A stretch of DNA of 46,691 nucleotides from positions 1 through 46,691 of the IMG/VR virus record IMGVR_UViG_3300020445_000005. One strand, 5' to 3'. Shown piece by piece: positions 45,901-46,691 of the stretch. The notes under the pieces are model-generated. The model ran no database searches and had not been told where the DNA came from. It saw only the letters and a program-made list of their open reading frames with translations. The DNA is from a virus (taxonomy: Duplodnaviria; Caudoviricetes). Position numbers and translations under genes: made by a program. Positions within the stretch are counted from its first letter, which is position 1. Each line of letters opens with the position of its first letter.

Positions 45901-46691
45901 TTACAACGTTACAGAAAACGCAAGTGCCGCCGACGCAGGTTATATTGTTGGTGACTTAATTAGAATTCCAGGAACTAACTTTGGTGGGTCAAGTCCAGCA
46001 GAAGATTTAGATATTTCAATAACAGGTGTTGATGGTAGTGGTGGTATTACATCATTTAATGCATCAGGAACAGGTGCCGCGGCACAAGGTACTTTTAGTG
46101 AACCAGCATATACTTACAGTGGTGTTGGATCAAATGCTACATTCAACGTACAATTTAGTGGAACAACTTATACTGCAAGTGTTGTTGCTCCAGGTTCAGG
46201 ATATAGTGCAACAGAAACGTGTGTAATTTCAGGTGCAAACTTAGGTGGTGCAAGTCCGGCCAACGATGCTACAATTACTATTGATACTGTTGACGGTTCA
46301 GGTGTTATTACTGCAATTAGTGTTACAGGTACAGCAGTTAACTCTGCAACTTATACAAACGTAACATCAGGTCAAAACATAGTTGGAGCGGCGGCTTCAT
46401 TTAACATTACTGTAAATTACAATAACAGCTACACAGTTACACAAGGTAACGAAGTAGGAACTAACTATGGTAGTGGTAACACTATTATTGTTTCAGGTGC
46501 AAACTTAGGTGGTACTACACCAACAAACGATTTAACAATTAATGTTACAGGTGCAAATGCCTCAGGTGGTATTACATCATTTAGCTCTTCAGGTACTGCC
46601 GCAGATGCAACGGCGGGATATGCGGCTGGTGATAGATTACAAATTTTAGGAACTAATTTAGGTGGTAGTAGTCCAACACATGACGCTATTG
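42947..46691 (+). CDS. Giant virion/fibre protein, 3'-truncated (>1240 aa), absent from the ORF track
   Basis: Begins MAKQKIDTYIFQPGIP... and I saw no in-frame stop before the window end. Contains two KCERD helical domains, a DADFEYGLQPTKW block and many Gly/Thr-rich GA.F.V...Y.V...G..Y...D...I.G..LGG..P.ND..I repeats. Confidence 0.8.
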   Translation, partial: MAKQKIDTYIFQPGIPVSENRNPHAYELIKNNVEFICDETVAWIAAQVLANAADPTSFWYNYTYNSPKCERDTRYNLQGVNGDGGILYDLRYGGNAQARFLASKYWINSTPQVDGDRQPEVAAKNFVVSLINNYILPQATFTSAQSPVVTTQYTNNGSSYESGSDARVTALFAIITDVITNGLDNVPALDRTKVSSVKMQTRVPSNDLLLITDTTNNEVIFNFSDPKLGGSCEFQTDDTSQLTKGVEEDFPKFLERTGTITTVYLDKNTDNITYTDKAVAVLEANLEFVKKETVAWIAANVASATSGMWHNYTYNTTKCERDMGLNVAGITKDIKYGGNANTYLNASKYWVQTTPQIDGDRTPEIAAKNFARDLINNYILKNVAYTSQQVGAGAVSQNVILSLPEIGVNTRVTNLFFVITDVIENGLDNLPIEEKIPLYYDTDDLQIFIDQGETRTRPFDFGTDAIERMRVSNSVSMLDADFEYGLQPTKWQAIAMQRGYPSIYEVPGTDKEVASVVTDASTGTGGVGQSLITVTTVGAHGIVAGTPITIKALENSIQGASRAEGSFIISTVPTANTFTFFAKSKVGTSNGQVLSTYYTQLREANFYTGAAIGSPTFSIISQGTAGTFTNPLAAPNGSDKVTWIGNTPEIGAPVQNVAGQIATAGTIGVANASRTAGTYTAISGSSDSIASELIVGTFDIVIDGTGAATSITNFKGGRNNAVGDTITVLDASLGGGGAPALTFQVATKTDGTGIGSGAQVTVVTGGGGEIATWSVAGDYASGVNQIALSDVTGVLAGQAIDRGDGTAVHVSSIVGTDVNLDGNTSTAIVGNNVQYTAVAGTNYNSTGFGALWDIDRAGGNYTVTQNNTGGDQYEVDDVIVVLGNTLGGQTTTNDCRITVNSVDSSGSITSFSSSGSAFDGNGSFSNIAGQNMNGNGLGAIFDVTYTNNAYTVSLKDPTYANNATGVTQGGVGTGAAWDVVLTNNTYNVTENASAADAGYIVGDLIRIPGTNFGGSSPAEDLDISITGVDGSGGITSFNASGTGAAAQGTFSEPAYTYSGVGSNATFNVQFSGTTYTASVVAPGSGYSATETCVISGANLGGASPANDATITIDTVDGSGVITAISVTGTAVNSATYTNVTSGQNIVGAAASFNITVNYNNSYTVTQGNEVGTNYGSGNTIIVSGANLGGTTPTNDLTINVTGANASGGITSFSSSGTAADATAGYAAGDRLQILGTNLGGSSPTHDAI

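Noticed and set aside
20994-46226. Short alternative-frame plus-strand ORFs nested in large genes (20994, 26328, 30006, 31397, 31495, 33529, 46026)
   Set aside because: They are off-frame by-products of codon bias with no RBS or motif support.

Overview
An AT-rich segment of a large T4-like (myovirus-type) dsDNA phage genome, covering the late/virion morphogenesis region. Almost all genes are on the + strand. In order: the 3' part of a low-complexity protein with a collagen-like stretch; a divergent gp26-like baseplate-hub gene with a gp51-like small ORF; a tape-measure-like gene; the head module (portal gp20, acidic core protein, protease gp21, scaffold gp22, a short gp23 capsid); about 24 kb of paralogous fibre/virion proteins; three Cys/Gly-rich adhesin-like paralogs with two chaperone-like partners; a four-enzyme modification cassette (GT9-like glycosyltransferase, SGNH-like protein, carbamoyltransferase, SAM methyltransferase); and more fibre proteins, the last running off the window. 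TAAATA late-promoter motifs precede most transcription units. The strongest unexplained signals are these. (1) A glutamine (glnA-motif) riboswitch with a visible anti-RBS helix sits between a late promoter and a 65-aa basic ORF just after the capsid gene. (2) An unidentified ~218-nt structured RNA has its own sigma70 promoter. (3) A -1 frameshift cassette would fuse the gp26-like and gp51-like ORFs. (4) Five copies of a phycobiliprotein-like K-C-x-R-D domain occur in giant virion proteins. (5) One virion protein ends in a type-1 copper site. (6) GCWGC appears to be avoided. All protein calls come from motif recognition by eye; no database searches were run.
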